NCBI GenBank assembly: GCA_963813715.1
Contig: CAWFAK010000005.1
Coordinates: 1,056,001-1,120,000 of the forward strand
Origin: an uncultured Planctomycetaceae bacterium
GTDB lineage: Bacteria > Planctomycetota > Planctomycetia > Planctomycetales > Planctomycetaceae
Length of the DNA stretch: 64,000 bases
Direction: 5' to 3'
Shown here: one piece after another, positions 1-15,771 of the stretch
Layout of the letters: each line of letters opens with the position of its first letter
Numbering within the stretch: position 1 is the stretch's first letter
Notes under the pieces: generated by a model
The model's database searches: none
The model's input: only the letters and a program-made list of their open reading frames with translations
What the model was told of the DNA's origin: nothing
Program-made: the position numbers and the translations under genes

Positions 1-462
1 CTTCCCGGTCGCCGAATCGAGACAGGCAGTCCCCGCCGCGCCGAAATGCACATAAAGGCGACCCGGCTCGACGATCGGGCTGGGAGATGCGTGCGAATTC
101 TTGGCGTTGATGTGTTGCGGATTGTCGGCGTGGAAGACTTCGACGTCCCAGCGGACCTTGCCCGTGTCGGCGGCCAGGCACAGCGCCCGCAACGAGTGGC
201 CGCTTTCCGTGGCCGTCGTCAGCCAAATGCTCCCGTCGAGCGTGACTGGAGAGGACCAGCCGCGGCCGGCGATCGGCGTCTTCCAGACGATCCCTTCGTG
301 CTCGCTCCAGGTCACCGGCAGATCGGTGCTGGCGCAGCGGCCCTGCCCATTCGGACCACGAAACTGGGTCCACTCGTCGGCCCGCAGCGACACGGCGGCG
401 GCCAACAGGCAGAGACTGATGCCCAGAGCGGGCACCCGAGCGACTCGACACAGATTCTCCAT
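1..462 (-). CDS. PQQ-binding-like beta-propeller repeat protein (BamB-like), N-terminal part; runs off window start
   Basis: Manual translation of the minus strand from ATG at 462: signal peptide, then ADEWTQFRGPNGQG...LPVTWSEHEGIVWKTPIAGRGWSSPV...NSHASPSP, the typical planctomycete PQQ-propeller N-terminus. Confidence 0.8.
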   Translation of the reverse strand, partial: MENLCRVARVPALGISLCLLAAAVSLRADEWTQFRGPNGQGRCASTDLPVTWSEHEGIVWKTPIAGRGWSSPVTLDGSIWLTTATESGHSLRALCLAADTGKVRWDVEVFHADNPQHINAKNSHASPSPIVEPGRLYVHFGAAGTACLDSATGK

Positions 463-708
463 CGGTGACACGCTTCCTCGAATCCGATTTTCGCATGGGC
501 CGAGAGCGCGCCGGCCGACTGTGTGCAGCCCTGTTCGGTCGCGAACAGAGCCGCCTGACTACTTCGATCCGGTCGATTCTAAGCGATGTCCCCGCACATT
601 TCCTGTCCGCGGTCAGACGCAAGCCTTGGCGGAGCGACCGTTTGCACGCTTATAATGCGCTCGGACCCGCGTGAGACCCGAAACTCGCGACGCAAGGCAG
701 GCGGCAAC

Positions 709-1650
709 GTGTCAGAAGCCGAACTCGAAAGTGAAGACCGGGGCCGATTTCCCGCCGAACGGCCGGCCGACCGCTATGTCGTCCGTTACGGACTGATGCG
801 GCTGGTGGCTGAGTTCGCTGCCCGCGCTCCGCAAAGGCTCCTCCGCAGCACGTCGGTCATCGTCCGCAGCAGCCGCGGCGTCGAATGGGGCGAAGTCCTC
901 TGCCCGGCCAGCGAGCGGACGGCTACCTACTTGGAAAGCCACGAGAGCATCGGGAAAATTCTGCGGCTGGCCAACGACGACGACGTCCGCCAGCGGGACG
1001 ACGTCTACCGGCAGGAGCGGGACGAGTTCCTGGGCTGTCGCGAGATGATCGGCGAGCGACACCTGGGAATGCAGCTGGTCGACGTCGAGCACTTGCTCGG
1101 CGGCGAGCGGCTCATCTTTTACTACCTGGCCGAGGAGCGGGTCGACTTCCGCGACCTGGTCAAGGCCCTGGCTAAGCGGTACAAAACCCGCATCGAGATG
1201 CGCCAGATCGGCGTGCGGGACGAGGCCAAGCTGCTGGCCGACTATGGCGATTGCGGCAAGCCCGTCTGCTGCAATACGCACCTTCGCGAGATGCCCCCCG
1301 TCTCGATGAAGATGGCCAAGATCCAGAAAGCAACCCTGGACCCGGCAAAGATTTCAGGCCGCTGCGGCCGTCTCAAATGCTGCCTTCGCTATGAGTACGA
1401 CACGTACGAGGAATATCGCCGCGACCTGCCCAAGGTCGGCACGATGGTGATGACGCGGATCGGGCAGGGGAAGGTGATCGCCCAGGAGATTCTGGCGCGG
1501 AAGCTTCTTGTCCGATACGACGGACCCCGCGACGTGCTGACCGAAGAGCGGGAGATTTTGACGGTCATCAAGGGAGGCGTTCGTCCCGCGGACGACGACG
1601 CCGACGATGACCGCCCCGCGGCGCCAGAGCGGCGTGCCGAGCGCAATTGA
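709..1650 (+). CDS. PSP1-domain protein (RicT/YaaT family)
   Basis: VDFRDLVKALAKRYKTRIEMRQIGVRDEAK, CGKPVCC and KISGRCGRLKCCLRYE motifs. GTG start at 709 chosen inside ORF 586..1650; TATAAT at 651-656. Confidence 0.9.
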   Translation: MSEAELESEDRGRFPAERPADRYVVRYGLMRLVAEFAARAPQRLLRSTSVIVRSSRGVEWGEVLCPASERTATYLESHESIGKILRLANDDDVRQRDDVYRQERDEFLGCREMIGERHLGMQLVDVEHLLGGERLIFYYLAEERVDFRDLVKALAKRYKTRIEMRQIGVRDEAKLLADYGDCGKPVCCNTHLREMPPVSMKMAKIQKATLDPAKISGRCGRLKCCLRYEYDTYEEYRRDLPKVGTMVMTRIGQGKVIAQEILARKLLVRYDGPRDVLTEEREILTVIKGGVRPADDDADDDRPAAPERRAERN

Positions 1651-1932
1651 CCGGCGTCGCCGCCTTAAATTGAGCGTGACGGGGCGCGGGTGAGCGAAGA
1701 AAAATCAGCCGTCGGCTTAATTTCCGCATTGTGCACTTGCGGGCCAAGATGATAATCTCAAAAGCGTTCTGGTTGAGAACGGATCACTCTGCCAGTCGCA
1801 TGACCACAGGCGAGCGCTCGGCTGTTCGTGCGTTGGACGGCTCAAATTTTGGGTGCGGAACGACACGATTTCGTCCCGCGCGAGCGATTGCCGTATCGCA
1901 CTGCAGTCGCTCGGAAAGAGCGAGGCATTTTG

Positions 1933-2331
1933 ATGACGACGACCAGCCGGACTATCGAGCGGGAGGCTCGGTACCATCCGAACGCCTACCACTTCGTCTA
2001 CGACGCCCTGCGGTTCACGCAGCAAACTTTGAATCGCGGCGTGGCCGAGAGTGAAGAGTCGGAAGACGCCCACATCTCGGGCGTGGAGTTGCTCGGCGGC
2101 ATTCGCGAGTTCGCCTTGTTGCAGTTCGGGCTGCTGACTCGCACGGTCTTTCGACACTGGGGCATTCGCAGCACGGGCGATTTCGGACGAATCGTCTTCG
2201 AGCTGATCAGCCGCGGCAAGATGAGCAAGACCGATCGCGATCAGCTGAGCGATTTCTTCGACGTCTACGACTTCGAGGAAGCCTTCGACCGCAATTACCA
2301 GCTCGACGCGAAGAAGGTCTTCAGCCGGTGA
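1933..2331 (+). CDS. Minf_1886 family (Verrucomicrobia/Planctomycetes-restricted) protein
   Basis: [10 protein letters not shown]...HISGVELL...[17 protein letters not shown]...[12 protein letters not shown] pattern. Confidence 0.8.
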   Translation: MTTTSRTIEREARYHPNAYHFVYDALRFTQQTLNRGVAESEESEDAHISGVELLGGIREFALLQFGLLTRTVFRHWGIRSTGDFGRIVFELISRGKMSKTDRDQLSDFFDVYDFEEAFDRNYQLDAKKVFSR

Positions 2332-2791
2332 CCGGCCAACCGGCCGCTTCGCCGCTCGCTTCCGCCGACACCCCCTCGCGCCCGTCTCGCGGGCTGCTGT
2401 TGTTCGCGATCGCCGTCACCGTCGTCTGGTGCGCGCTGCTCATGGTGATGGCCTGGCTAACGGCCAACCCCGTCGCGCTCAATCGCGAACAGATTCTGCG
2501 CTCGGACCTGATGATCACGGGGAAGGTCGAGGGCGACCCGCACGCGGGCGAAGTGTCGGTCGTCCGCGAATGGAAAAAGAACGGCCTCAAGGGGTCGATC
2601 CACGTCGAGAACCTGGAAGACACGGGCGCTGCGCGGGCGAAACGTACCTGATGCCGCTCCTGCCGGCCGCCACCGGCTATCGCGTCGCCGAAGCCCGCCT
2701 CGCCAACTCGGCCGTGCTGGTTTATCCGGCGACGCCTGCCGCCATCGCCCAGCTCGAAGAGATCCTCGGCGCGCGGGCAGAGAAGAAGTGA
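2328..2791 (+). CDS. Hypothetical membrane-anchored protein (one apparent frameshift near 2635)
   Basis: TM helix followed by [12 protein letters not shown] in ORF 2328..2651; the C-terminus continues in ORF 2429..2791 ([10 protein letters not shown]...VYPAT). Confidence 0.55.
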
Positions 2792-2828
2792 TCGCTTCAA
2801 ATGGCGATGCGACAGGGCTCTTCACTGA

Positions 2829-3515
2829 TTACTGGCCAACGACCAGCTGTTGGCCGGTGAGTCCCGCGGATTCTTCGCTCGCCAGGAACAGGACGGTCTG
2901 AGCGGCATCGGCAGCGGGCGCCGGCTTTTGCGGGGCGCTCGCTTTCGCTTCGGCCGGCGGCTCGCGCCACGTCGGCGCGACGCAGTTCACGCGAATCCGC
3001 CGGGGCGCTGACTCGGCCGACAGGCTCCGCGCGAGCGCGGCGAGCGCGGCCTTACTCGCCGCGTACGCGCCCCAGCCCGCCCGCGGTTCCTCGGTCAGCG
3101 CCGTCGTCGCCAGCACGATCGACGCCGGCGAGTTCAAGTGCCGCTCGAGCGCGCGGATCGTCTGCAGCGCGCCCTGAAAATTGACGGCGAAGATTTCGGC
3201 GACGATTTCCGGCGTGCTCTCGGCCAGGCCGGCGGGTTGGAAGAGCTCGGCAACGGGAACGAGGATGTCGACGGCCCCCATGCGACGGAGCGTCGTCTCG
3301 CGGAGCAATTCGAGATCGGCCGGGCGCGTCACGTCGCCGGCCACGACGACGATGCGCGCCGGCGCCAGCTCCGCTAGTTCGTCCAGCTGGCCCCGATTCC
3401 GCGCGAAGAGGACGAGCTTCGCCCCCTCGCTGACGAACTTCTGCACGACGGCCCGGCCCAGCCGGCCGCTGGCCCCGGTTACCACCGCCACCTTATTCAA
3501 TAACCGCTGTGCCAA
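2829..3515 (-). CDS. SDR family oxidoreductase
   Basis: VAVVTGASGRLG Rossmann motif, YAASK catalytic motif, IRVNCVAP. TTG start inferred. Confidence 0.85.
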   Translation of the reverse strand: MAQRLLNKVAVVTGASGRLGRAVVQKFVSEGAKLVLFARNRGQLDELAELAPARIVVVAGDVTRPADLELLRETTLRRMGAVDILVPVAELFQPAGLAESTPEIVAEIFAVNFQGALQTIRALERHLNSPASIVLATTALTEEPRAGWGAYAASKAALAALARSLSAESAPRRIRVNCVAPTWREPPAEAKASAPQKPAPAADAAQTVLFLASEESAGLTGQQLVVGQ

Positions 3516-3674
3516 TGTTGCGCCACCGCCTGCGCGAACCTCCTCGACCGCTCGACCGTCGGTGTGACATGATAGCACGAGCGGGTCGGATCGGAGCGCG
3601 GCCGGCGCCTGCCGATTCCAGTCGCCGCTGCGACACAACCACCTGCGCGCCCCGCGATAGAGAAAGCCAACCGA

Positions 3675-4259
3675 GTGCCCCCACGAATCTGCGTTTTCTG
3701 CGGCTCGAAAACCGGCGAGGCCCCGGTTTACCGGACGGCGACCGTCGCGCTCGCAACTGAAATCGTGCGTCGCGGCAGCGGCGTGGTCTACGGCGGCGGC
3801 AGCGTCGGGCTGATGGGCGTGCTCGCCGATCGCGTGCTCGAGCTGGGAGGCGAAGTCATCGGCGTGATCCCTGAGGCCCTCGCCACCAAGGAATTGTTGC
3901 ATACGGGCGTCCGCGACATGCGCTGCGTCGCCGACATGCACGAGCGGAAGGCCCTGATGGCCGAACTCGCCGGCGCATTCATCGCGCTGCCCGGGGGCTT
4001 CGGCACGTTCGAGGAACTGTTCGAGATCGTCACGTGGGCGCAGCTCGGCTTTCATCGCAAGAACATCGGTTTGCTCAACGTCGATGGCTACTTCGATCCG
4101 CTCGTGGCGCTGATCGACCACGCGATTCGCGAAGGCTTCATTACCGCCGCGCATCGCGAGCTGGTCGTCGTCGAGAGCGAGCCGGCCCGGCTGCTCGACC
4201 ACCTAGCGACGCATGAAATGCCGCTCGTCCGGCGGTGGCTCAAGCGCGAAGAGATCTGA
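3675..4259 (+). CDS. LOG family (TIGR00730) nucleotide phosphoribohydrolase
   Basis: ICVFCGS, VYGGGSVGLMG, MHERK and PGGFGTFEE motifs. Confidence 0.92.
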   Translation: MPPRICVFCGSKTGEAPVYRTATVALATEIVRRGSGVVYGGGSVGLMGVLADRVLELGGEVIGVIPEALATKELLHTGVRDMRCVADMHERKALMAELAGAFIALPGGFGTFEELFEIVTWAQLGFHRKNIGLLNVDGYFDPLVALIDHAIREGFITAAHRELVVVESEPARLLDHLATHEMPLVRRWLKREEI

Positions 4260-4404
4260 GGGGCGGATCTTCGCGGCCGAGATCGACGGGAATAAATCGC
4301 CCGTTCTGCGCGTCTCAGGAATGCCCGAATCGGCCGGACACGCGAATCGGCTGCCCGTCACTTTCTTTCCTGCATTCACCTGCCTCTTGCCGGGAATTTC
4401 GACC

Positions 4405-7019
4405 ATGCGCGCGCGAAGCGAGTGCGCGCGGCGGCGCCGGTCTGCGCTTGCCGCGATTGGCTTGCTGTTCTGGGCGGGTTGCGACGCCGTGCGCGAAGAC
4501 CGCACGATCAACATCTCGCCCAGCGGCAACCAGGTGGCATTCCAGCACGGCGAGGGCGGGATCTTTATCGCGGACCCTCGGACCGGCGAGCTGCACCGCG
4601 TCTTCGATCCGGACCGCTCGATCGTCGCCGTCAGCAGCCCGCTCTGGTCGGCCGACGAAAGCCGCGCGATCTTCACGACGGCCCGCGACGCACCGCCGAC
4701 CGGGCCTCAGGCAGCGCTCGAGAAGAAAGTAGGCCTTCCCGCCGCCAATCCCGCGGGCACTCCCAATGGCCGCAAGTCGGCAGCGTCTCCCGTCGATTGG
4801 AATGACGCACCCGCGGGACGTTACTTTCTGCCGCTGCCCGTGGTTTACACCTGCTGGCAAATCGAGCGGGCAGCCGACGGCACGTTTAAAAAGCCCGTCG
4901 CGCTGTTCGAGGCCCACGCCGGACACGCCGGCTACGTCGCGGGCAACTGGGCCGTGCGTCAGTCTCCCAAGGGCGAAAAGATTCTCTTCGTCGATCAGGA
5001 GGCGCCGCAGGGGCACGCGGTCTGGTCGTTCGACATCAAGTCGACAAAGAAATCGCGCGTCTTTCCACCGGCCGGAATTGCCGCGCCGGGCTTTGTGCTG
5101 GCGGACTTCACGCCGGACGGTTCGCGCATCGCCTGCACGGCCGGACGCGACATGGGCGGGCTGGCAGTCACGGTGGGGCCGCATTGTGAAATGGATTTCG
5201 ACGCAGAAGATTCGGCCACTACGTACCAACTGGACGGTATCTGGATTCAGGCCGCCGCCGGCGCATCCTGGCGGCACGTGGCGCAGTCGTCCGTAAGCGC
5301 CAACCCGCAGCGGCGCGACGGGCTCGGCACGCTGATCGAGCGGCGGCCCGTCTTCTCGAAGGACGGTTCGCGGTTTGCCTTCGCGCGACCGGTCGAGGGT
5401 CCGGCGAGTTCGCGCACGTTGCTCTTCCGCGCTCAGACATCGGACCGCAAGGTCGAACAGATCTTCGCCGTCGACGGCCAGATCCTCGACCCGCACTGGT
5501 CGCCCGACGCGCGGCTCGGTTTCGTCGCCATGACTCAGCATCCCGAGCTCACGGTCATCGATGCGGCGGGCAAGATCGAACATCCGGTGCCGCATGATTT
5601 CGTCCGCAACTTCGCTGGCTGGAACCCGTCGGGCGACACGCTGGCCTACGTGATCGCCGAGCATCCGCCGCGCGATCTCTTCGCCGCCGTTCGCCCCAAA
5701 TCCGGGCCAGCCGCGCAACCCGCCAAGAAGGTAGAGAAAGCCGACAAGGACGAAAAACTGATCAATGGGTCGCCACTGTTGTGGCCCGATCCGCTGGCCC
5801 GCGATGCGCTGGTGGTATTGCCGAAGGGCGGCCAGCCGCGCGTCGTGATCGCCGGGCTGCGGTTCACGTTTCCCCAGTGGTCGCCCGCTCGCGAATCAAT
5901 CTCGGTGTGGGGGACCTTCACGCCGTCGCACCAGTCGTGGGTCGACGCAGTGCTGGGCCACGGGCTGACGATGCGCACGGGTGATCCGGCCGCGGTGATC
6001 GACGTGACCACGGGCAGCGTCCACTGGCTGGCCATCAAAGGGGACGAGCAGACACAGATCGGCCATTACCTGCAAGAGAAGCACGATTTTGCCGGGGCGC
6101 TTGACTGGTATCGCAAGGCGGAGAAAACGCTGCCCAAGCTGCAGCCCCTCACGCCGCTCGAGCTCGAGCAGGGGGTCGCCAGCGACGTCGCCCGCCGCCG
6201 CATGTTTGAATTCCTGGCGTGGCATTGCCTGGCGAAACTAGGAAAAGAGGCCGACGCCACCGCGCGATTGACCGTGTTCGAGCAGGCCTGCCGCATCCAC
6301 TGGCCGACCGCGCCGACGGCCGTCCACCGCCGGCGGGAAACGGCGCGACCACCGCAACGGCCGGCGCGACGACCGGCGCGAACGCGCCTCACCTCTCGCA
6401 GTCGACGGCGGGAGAGCCGGCCGAGCGCGTGGCCTCACTGATGCGGGCACTCGCCGAGGCGCAGGCTCTGCTCTCAGTCGATGATACGGAGGGTGCGATC
6501 AACTTCTTCCGCGCCCGGCTCGATGCGACCGGCGGCCACGGCCAGCCTGCGTCCGCCGCTAAGAAACCGCTCGATCCAACCGACCGCTTCGGCGACCTGG
6601 TGGCCCTTTCGCAGCTCGAGCTGTTAGCCGGGCGACCCGCCGCCTATCTGCAATTGGCAACCAACGAGTTGGGCCCGTGGATGGCGGCGAACCTGGAAGA
6701 TCGGCCGCAGTCGTCAACGACCAATGGGCCGGACGAACTCCGGTTCGTGTTGGCCAACGGCGTCGGACTCGCACTCAGTCCGCTGTTCGATTCGGCCTTC
6801 ACGCGGCAACTGCCCGCGGACCCAGTTGCCCAGGCGGCCGCCTCGTGGCGCGTTTTGCGTTCGCGGTGCAACAGCCAGTCGGCCAAATTGCTGGCGGACT
6901 TGGTGGTACGGGGCCTGTTGCCCGCGGAACGAAATCAGGATCGCGACGAACTGGACGCGCGGATCGCGAGGGACCCTGCGCACGCGTGGTACAACTGGGC
7001 CGTGCGGCCGGTCCCCTGA
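4405..7019 (+). CDS. Putative lipoprotein with TolB/PD40-like propeller repeats and C-terminal helical (TPR-like) region; frameshift near 6330
   Basis: Lipobox-like LLFWAGC; repeated PxWSP/FSKDG motifs; the helical C-terminus continues in ORF 6219..7019. Confidence 0.6.
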
Positions 7020-7031
7020 TTCGAGCAGGCC

Positions 7032-7645
7032 TCAGACGTCGGCGGTTGCGCCGGCCTTTTCGAGCTGGGCGATCACCTTTGTGTAGCACTGCGGACAAAC
7101 GCCGTGGCTGAACTGCACGCCGGTGCGGGTCGAAATGTAACTTTCGACCTGCTCCCAGTAGTTGCGGTCATCCCGAACCTTTTTGCAGTAGCTGCAGATC
7201 GGAATCAGTTCCTGCAACTCGTGGATCTTGGCCATCGCGTACTGCAGCTCCCGGATGCGCCCGGCCAGGTCGCGCTGCAGGGTGACCATCCGTTCGCCGA
7301 CGCGCAAACGCGACTTGAGTTCGCGCCAGTCGTACGGCTTGACGACGTAATCGTTGGCTCCGCTGTCGAGCCCCGCGACGATGTCGTCGGTCTGATCCCG
7401 GGCCGTCAGCAAGATCACGTAGGGCGGTTCGGCACGATTGAGTTGTCGCAGCCGCCGGCAAACTTCGAGGCCGTCCATCTCGGGCATCATCCAATCGAGG
7501 ATCGCGATGCCCGGCGCATCCTCGCCCTCCAGAATCTCGTACGCCGAGCGTCCGTCGAGTGTGGCAACCACCTCGTGCCCCCACTTCTGCAACATGCGGG
7601 AGAGCACGATTCGCGAGACTTCGTCGTCTTCGGCAATCAGAACTT

Positions 7646-7649
<4 letters not shown>
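7032..7649 (-). CDS. Response regulator with C-terminal Cys-rich (CxxC...HxxCxxC) domain
   Basis: Receiver motifs IAEDD, ILDWMMP, KP; tail PICSYCKKVRDD...FSHGVCPQC. Confidence 0.9.
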
Positions 7650-10767
<3,118 letters not shown>

Positions 10768-10771
<4 letters not shown>

Positions 10772-11490
10772 GGGGACGTTCCAGTCCGGTCGGCCGGGCA
10801 GGCAGCCTGGGCACAAGCACCGGGGGTGAAGAGGGGACAACCAAAGACGGGAGTATGGACTCCCGCGGCGACTTCCGTATTTCCGTCGAGGAGGGCACCG
10901 ATCGCGCGGCTTCCGGAGCTATCGCCCTCGTGGCCGCGCGAACGAGTGATCCCGCCGTTAAAGAGCAGCTTGCCATCGGCGTCGTACAGCACGACAAAAC
11001 CGGACGTCTCGGCGCCGAAGCAACGCGCGAGCGTGCCGTCGTCGTCGATCAAGCGAACGTGGGGAATGGCCGCCGCCTGTTCACGCAGCGACGTCTTGTC
11101 CCAGTTCGGGCCGGCGTCCGCCGGTTTGACGAAGACAACAGCCGCCTCTGTCTTGCCCGAGCGGTGCGCCAGGATCTCCGCGAATTCCCCCAGGCTCGCC
11201 TTCGAGCAGGGGCACCGCGGGTGGACGAACATGATCAGCCGGGGACGCGACAGTTCGGAACGTAACAGCCGGGCAGTCGATTGCCCGTCGGAATCCGACT
11301 CCCACTGCGGGAACTCGTGTGGGAAGACGGCCGGCGTTTGGCCCGCGTCCCCCGGCCGCGACTTATAGGCTTCGAGCGCACCCAGTCCGCTGACCACGGC
11401 GGCCAACCAGAGCAGGGGGACGAAATAAGCGAGCCGGCGCAAAACTGCGCGACCGGTCACGCGTCGCAGCGATGCCGTGCGGCCGAACAT
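10768..11490 (-). CDS. RedB-like membrane-anchored thioredoxin-fold protein
   Basis: TM anchor, MFVHPRCPCSKAS, FGAETSG, GGITRSRGHEG, PVFGC; overlaps the kinase start by 4 bp. Confidence 0.7.
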
Positions 11491-11874
11491 AAAACGAACT
11501 CTTGAACTCACAAATCGGGGCGGATCGGATTCACAAATCGGGGCAGAGCGGGCGGGCGTCTCGGCAAGCGGATCAAGGTGGGTGATGCAAAACCTCAACA
11601 ACCGTAGGTCCCATTCCCGCGGCGGCAAACGGAAGTTGCACAGAATCGGCCGAAACCGGGCTTTGGGCCGGTGGGAAAAACCGGCGCAGCCGCTAAATCC
11701 GGACTGAAGCGCAGCCCAGGCCACAACCACTGAGCGGCACAACCAAGTGCGCGGGCACAACCGTTGTCGCGGCAAACGCGGGGCGGGTATCCTCCAGGCT
11801 CGTAACGAGCGCGAATTCCCCGTCGTCCGGGCGCCGGCCCGGCCAACACCGAGCTACCGAGGCCCTTTCTCGTC

Positions 11875-14143
11875 GTGTCTCAACCGTCCCGATTCCGCGG
11901 ACTGGCCCTGCTGGCCGACTTTCTGGTCCGCTATCGGATCGGTTTGTTCGTCGCGGGCGCGGTGATTTCGGCGTTTGCCTTCATCGAAGCGACGAAGCTC
12001 ACGCTCGAACAATCGATCGAGTCGCTCTACGCGCTCGACGATCCGCACCTGGTCGACTATCGCCAAAGCAAGTCGCTCTTTGGCGGCGACGAGTTCGTGA
12101 TCGTGGTCTACGAGGACCCGGATCTGCTCTCGGCCGACGGCCTGGCCCGCGTGCGGAGTTTTGCGGATGAGCTGAGCCAAGTCCCAGGCGTGCAGACCAA
12201 AAGCACGCAGAACCTGGCCGACGTCCTCACGCCGGCCAACATCCCCTGGCTCGTGCGGCCCCTCTTTCAAATGCGTCGCGACAGCCTGGTCGAGCTGTCG
12301 CGCGGCATTCTGATCGGCGCGGATCGCAAGACGACGGGCATCGTGCTGCGACTGTTTCCGGAAGACAAAACGTCGGTCTCCCGCGACGCAAACCATTCGC
12401 GGCGTCCGCACGATTGCCGAAGCGCACGACCCGCCCGCTTACATCGTCGGCGAGCCGGTGCTGGTCCACGACATGTTCCAGTACGTCGACCAGGACGGGC
12501 AGCGGCTGTTCTACGCTTCGCTGGTGCTGCTGGGGCTGGTGATCTTTCTGCTCTTTCGCAGCTTGCGCTGGGTCGTGCTCTCGATCGTGCTAGTGGCGGC
12601 CACCGTCGCCTGGACGAAGGCCATCCTCGTGTTGTGCGGCATGCGGCTGTCGATGGTCAGCTCGATGCTCAATTCGCTGGTGACGATCGTCGGCATCGCC
12701 ACCGTGATGCGGTTGATGGTCTACTACCGCGAGCAGCGCGCCACCTACGAGCCGCTGGAGGCGTTTCATAAAACGATCGTCGAGCTGTCGCCGGCAATCT
12801 TCTGGACCACCGTGACGGCCGCGGCCGGCTTCGTCTCGCTGCTCTCGAGCGATATCACCCCGGTCCGCAGCTTCGGCACGATGATGACGCTCGGCACGAT
12901 GCTCGTACTGTTGACCGGCGGCATGCTGCTGCCGGCCGGCGTCCTCTACAAGCCGGAATCGTCGGACATTCCGACGGGGACCACCGAGCGGCGACTGGTG
13001 GGCCTGCTGGGCGGGCTGACGACGTGGGTCGAACAGCGGGCCGTCTGGGTGATCGGCACGGTGGTGGTGCTGTCGATCGCCTCGTTCTTCGGCCTGTTCC
13101 GCCTGCGGTTAGATACGGATTTCACGCGGAACTTCCGCTCGAGCAGCCCGATCGTCCACGCGCTCGACTTCGTCGAAACTCGCCTCGGGGGCGCGGGGAC
13201 CTGGGAAGTGAATTTTCCGGCGCCGGCCGAGCTCACTCCCGAATTCCTCAACAAGGTCCGCGCGTTTGCCTCGCGTTTGCGCGAGCTGGAAGAGGCACGG
13301 CCGAACGAGCCCGAGCCGGCGCTCACCAAGGTCGTCGCCATCACCGACCTGCTCGACCTGGTCCCCGGTTCGTCCGACGACACCGAAGGCATTCGCCGCA
13401 AGCTCGAGTTGATCACTGCGTTCCAGCCGGAGTTCGAGCCCAGCCTTTACAACGCGGAGGCCGGCCGCATGCGGCTCGTGCTGCGGGCCAAGCAGCGCGA
13501 GCCGTCCGAAGTGCAGCTCAAGCTGATCGAGACCGTCGGCGCCTGGGGACGGGAGGAGTTCAAAGACGCCAAGACGACCGGTCTCTACGTGCTGCTGACG
13601 TTCCTGATCGAGAGCCTGCTCCGCGATCAGATCATCAGTTTCTTCCTGACGGTGGCGATGGTGGTGGTGATCATGGTGCTTGCCTATCACAACCTGCGGA
13701 TCGCGCTGGTCTCGCTCGTGCCCAATGTGTTCCCCATCCTGCTCGTCGTCGGGGCGATGGGCTGGCTGGGCGTGCCCGTGAACGTCGGCACGGCGATGAT
13801 TGCCGCCGTCTCGATGGGGCTCACAATCGATGCCAGCATCTTTTATCTTTACGGATATCGGAAGATCCGCGGGGAAGGGCGACCGCTGGCCGAGGCCTTG
13901 CGGGAAACGCACCAGGGATTCGGACGGGCGCTGGTCTTCGGCACGTTGGCGCTCGTGGTCGGTTTTTCGGTGCTGGCCCTGTCGCGGTTCATTCCGCTCG
14001 TCTATTTCGGAGTGCTGGTGAGCCTGGCGATGCTCGGCGGACTGATCGGAAACTTGTTGTTGTTGCCGTTGCTGTTGCCGCTGGTCGACAAAGATCCCCA
14101 GCCGCCCCGGCCGGATCCCGCACTCTCGGTGTCCGAGAAGTGA
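11875..14143 (+). CDS. MMPL/RND family transporter (frameshift near 12390)
   Basis: Two TM bundles separated by periplasmic loops; ORFs 11875..12771 and 12458..14143 join. Confidence 0.85.
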
Positions 14144-15539
14144 GCGGCGTGCCCACAGCTCCGCCGGGGCCTTCGCCCGGCAGCGCAGGCCGCCCGAGCC
14201 GCTGGCCAGCCGTCGCTTTGATCGTCGCGGCCGCTTTGATGCGGATCGCGGCCGTTGTGGTGTGGAGCGGTCATCTGGCGGACGACCGCGACGACTATTG
14301 GACGGTCGCTCGGTCTTATCTCGAGCACGGATTTTGGGCGCCGTTCACGCGGTTCCCCAATTCGTTTCGTCCGCCGCTGTTGCCGCTGTTGCTGGCCGCA
14401 CTGATCAAGTTGGGCGGCGGCTCGGTCGCGCTGGGAGTGCTGCAGATCGCGCTGGGGACGGCGACCGTGGCGCTGACCTTGGTCGCGGGCCGGCGGTTGG
14501 GTCTGGGACGCTGGTCATTCGCCGCGGCTTTGCTGGTCGCCTGCGATCCGCTGCTGATTGTCTACACGACCTTTCCGATGACCGAGACGCTGTTCACATT
14601 CCTGGTGATCGCGCTGGTTGTCGCTTCGTTGCCGCGAGAGACCTCGCTCTCTGTGGCAAGCGGCGCGAGCTTGTTGTCATCCGTCGGACGGGCGGCGGTC
14701 ATCGGGCTGTTGTTCGGCGCCTGCGCGCTCTGTCGGCCGACGATCTGGCCGACGGCCCTCTTGGTCGCGGTGTGGTTTGCCTGGGAAGCGCTGCGGACGC
14801 GGCGACTGCCGGCGTCGCTGCTGGTGAGTGCGTGTGGTCGGCCTGCGTCACGTGCGCGGTCGTGGTCGCCCCGTGGGCGCTGCGAAATTGGAAGATTCTC
14901 GGCTCGCCCGTCGTCACGACGACGCACGGAGGGTACACGCTGCTCTTGGGAAACAATCCGGAGTTCTTTCGGCACGTGTCGGAACGGCCGCTGCCCGAAT
15001 TGTGGAGCGACCGCGATCCGGACGCCTTCCAGCAAGCCTGGTTCACCCGGTTAATTGCCGAGCGAGACAAAGAGATCGGCCCGAGCGCGGACGAGCTGAC
15101 GCAGAATCGGTGGATGTACCAACAAGCCTGGAAAGCGATCGCGGCGGAGCCGGGGGTGTTCGTCCGCGCGTGCGTGCTGCGGTTCGTGCTCTTCTGGAAC
15201 GTGATGCCCCTCTTGCCTTCGCGCTCGACCTTGCCTCATCCGGTCGTTTGGGCGCTTTGTGTCGGCTACGTGGCGGAACTTGTTTTGTTCGTCGCGGGCC
15301 TGGTCGGATTGTTCAGACAGTTCAGACTCGTGCGGATTGGCGACCCCCGCTGGGTGCTGCCGCTCTGCCTGATTCTCAACTTCACGCTGGCCCACCTGGT
15401 CTACTGGTCCAACATGCGGATGCGCGCGCCGCTCGTGCCGCTGATCGGCCTGGTCGCGGCGGTCGGTTTGAGCACTTGGTTCAATCGACGCAAGGTCAAT
15501 AAATTCGTTCCCGGCGGCGGGTCGGTTGATCGACCGTAA
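14140..15539 (+). CDS. ArnT/GT39-like integral membrane glycosyltransferase (frameshift near 14830)
   Basis: DDRDDY, FRPPLLP, MTETLF, LCRP, PWALRN...GYTLLLGNNP motifs. Confidence 0.75.
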
Positions 15540-15602
15540 ATATTTTATTTGCAATTGTTTACGGCATGCTTCGCAGCCGAAAGTCGGCGCGCGGAGTGCT
15601 TA

Positions 15603-15631
15603 TTGACACCCCCTTCAAAACGGGCCATAAT
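15603..15631 (+). promoter_or_regulatory. sigma70-type promoter upstream of LptD-like gene
   Basis: TTGACA (15603-15608), 17-bp spacer, CATAAT (15626-15631). Confidence 0.65.
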
Positions 15632-15771
15632 CCCAGCCCTTTTCCGGGGACGAAGTGCGCACAAATGTCAACCTAGTCATGGGTTGATGAATCGTCCCTG
15701 GTCGTCAGTTCGGTTTTACGTTTGCACGTCGACTCCGTTCCGTCCGTTCTTCCAAGGATCCGGGAGAGCCA

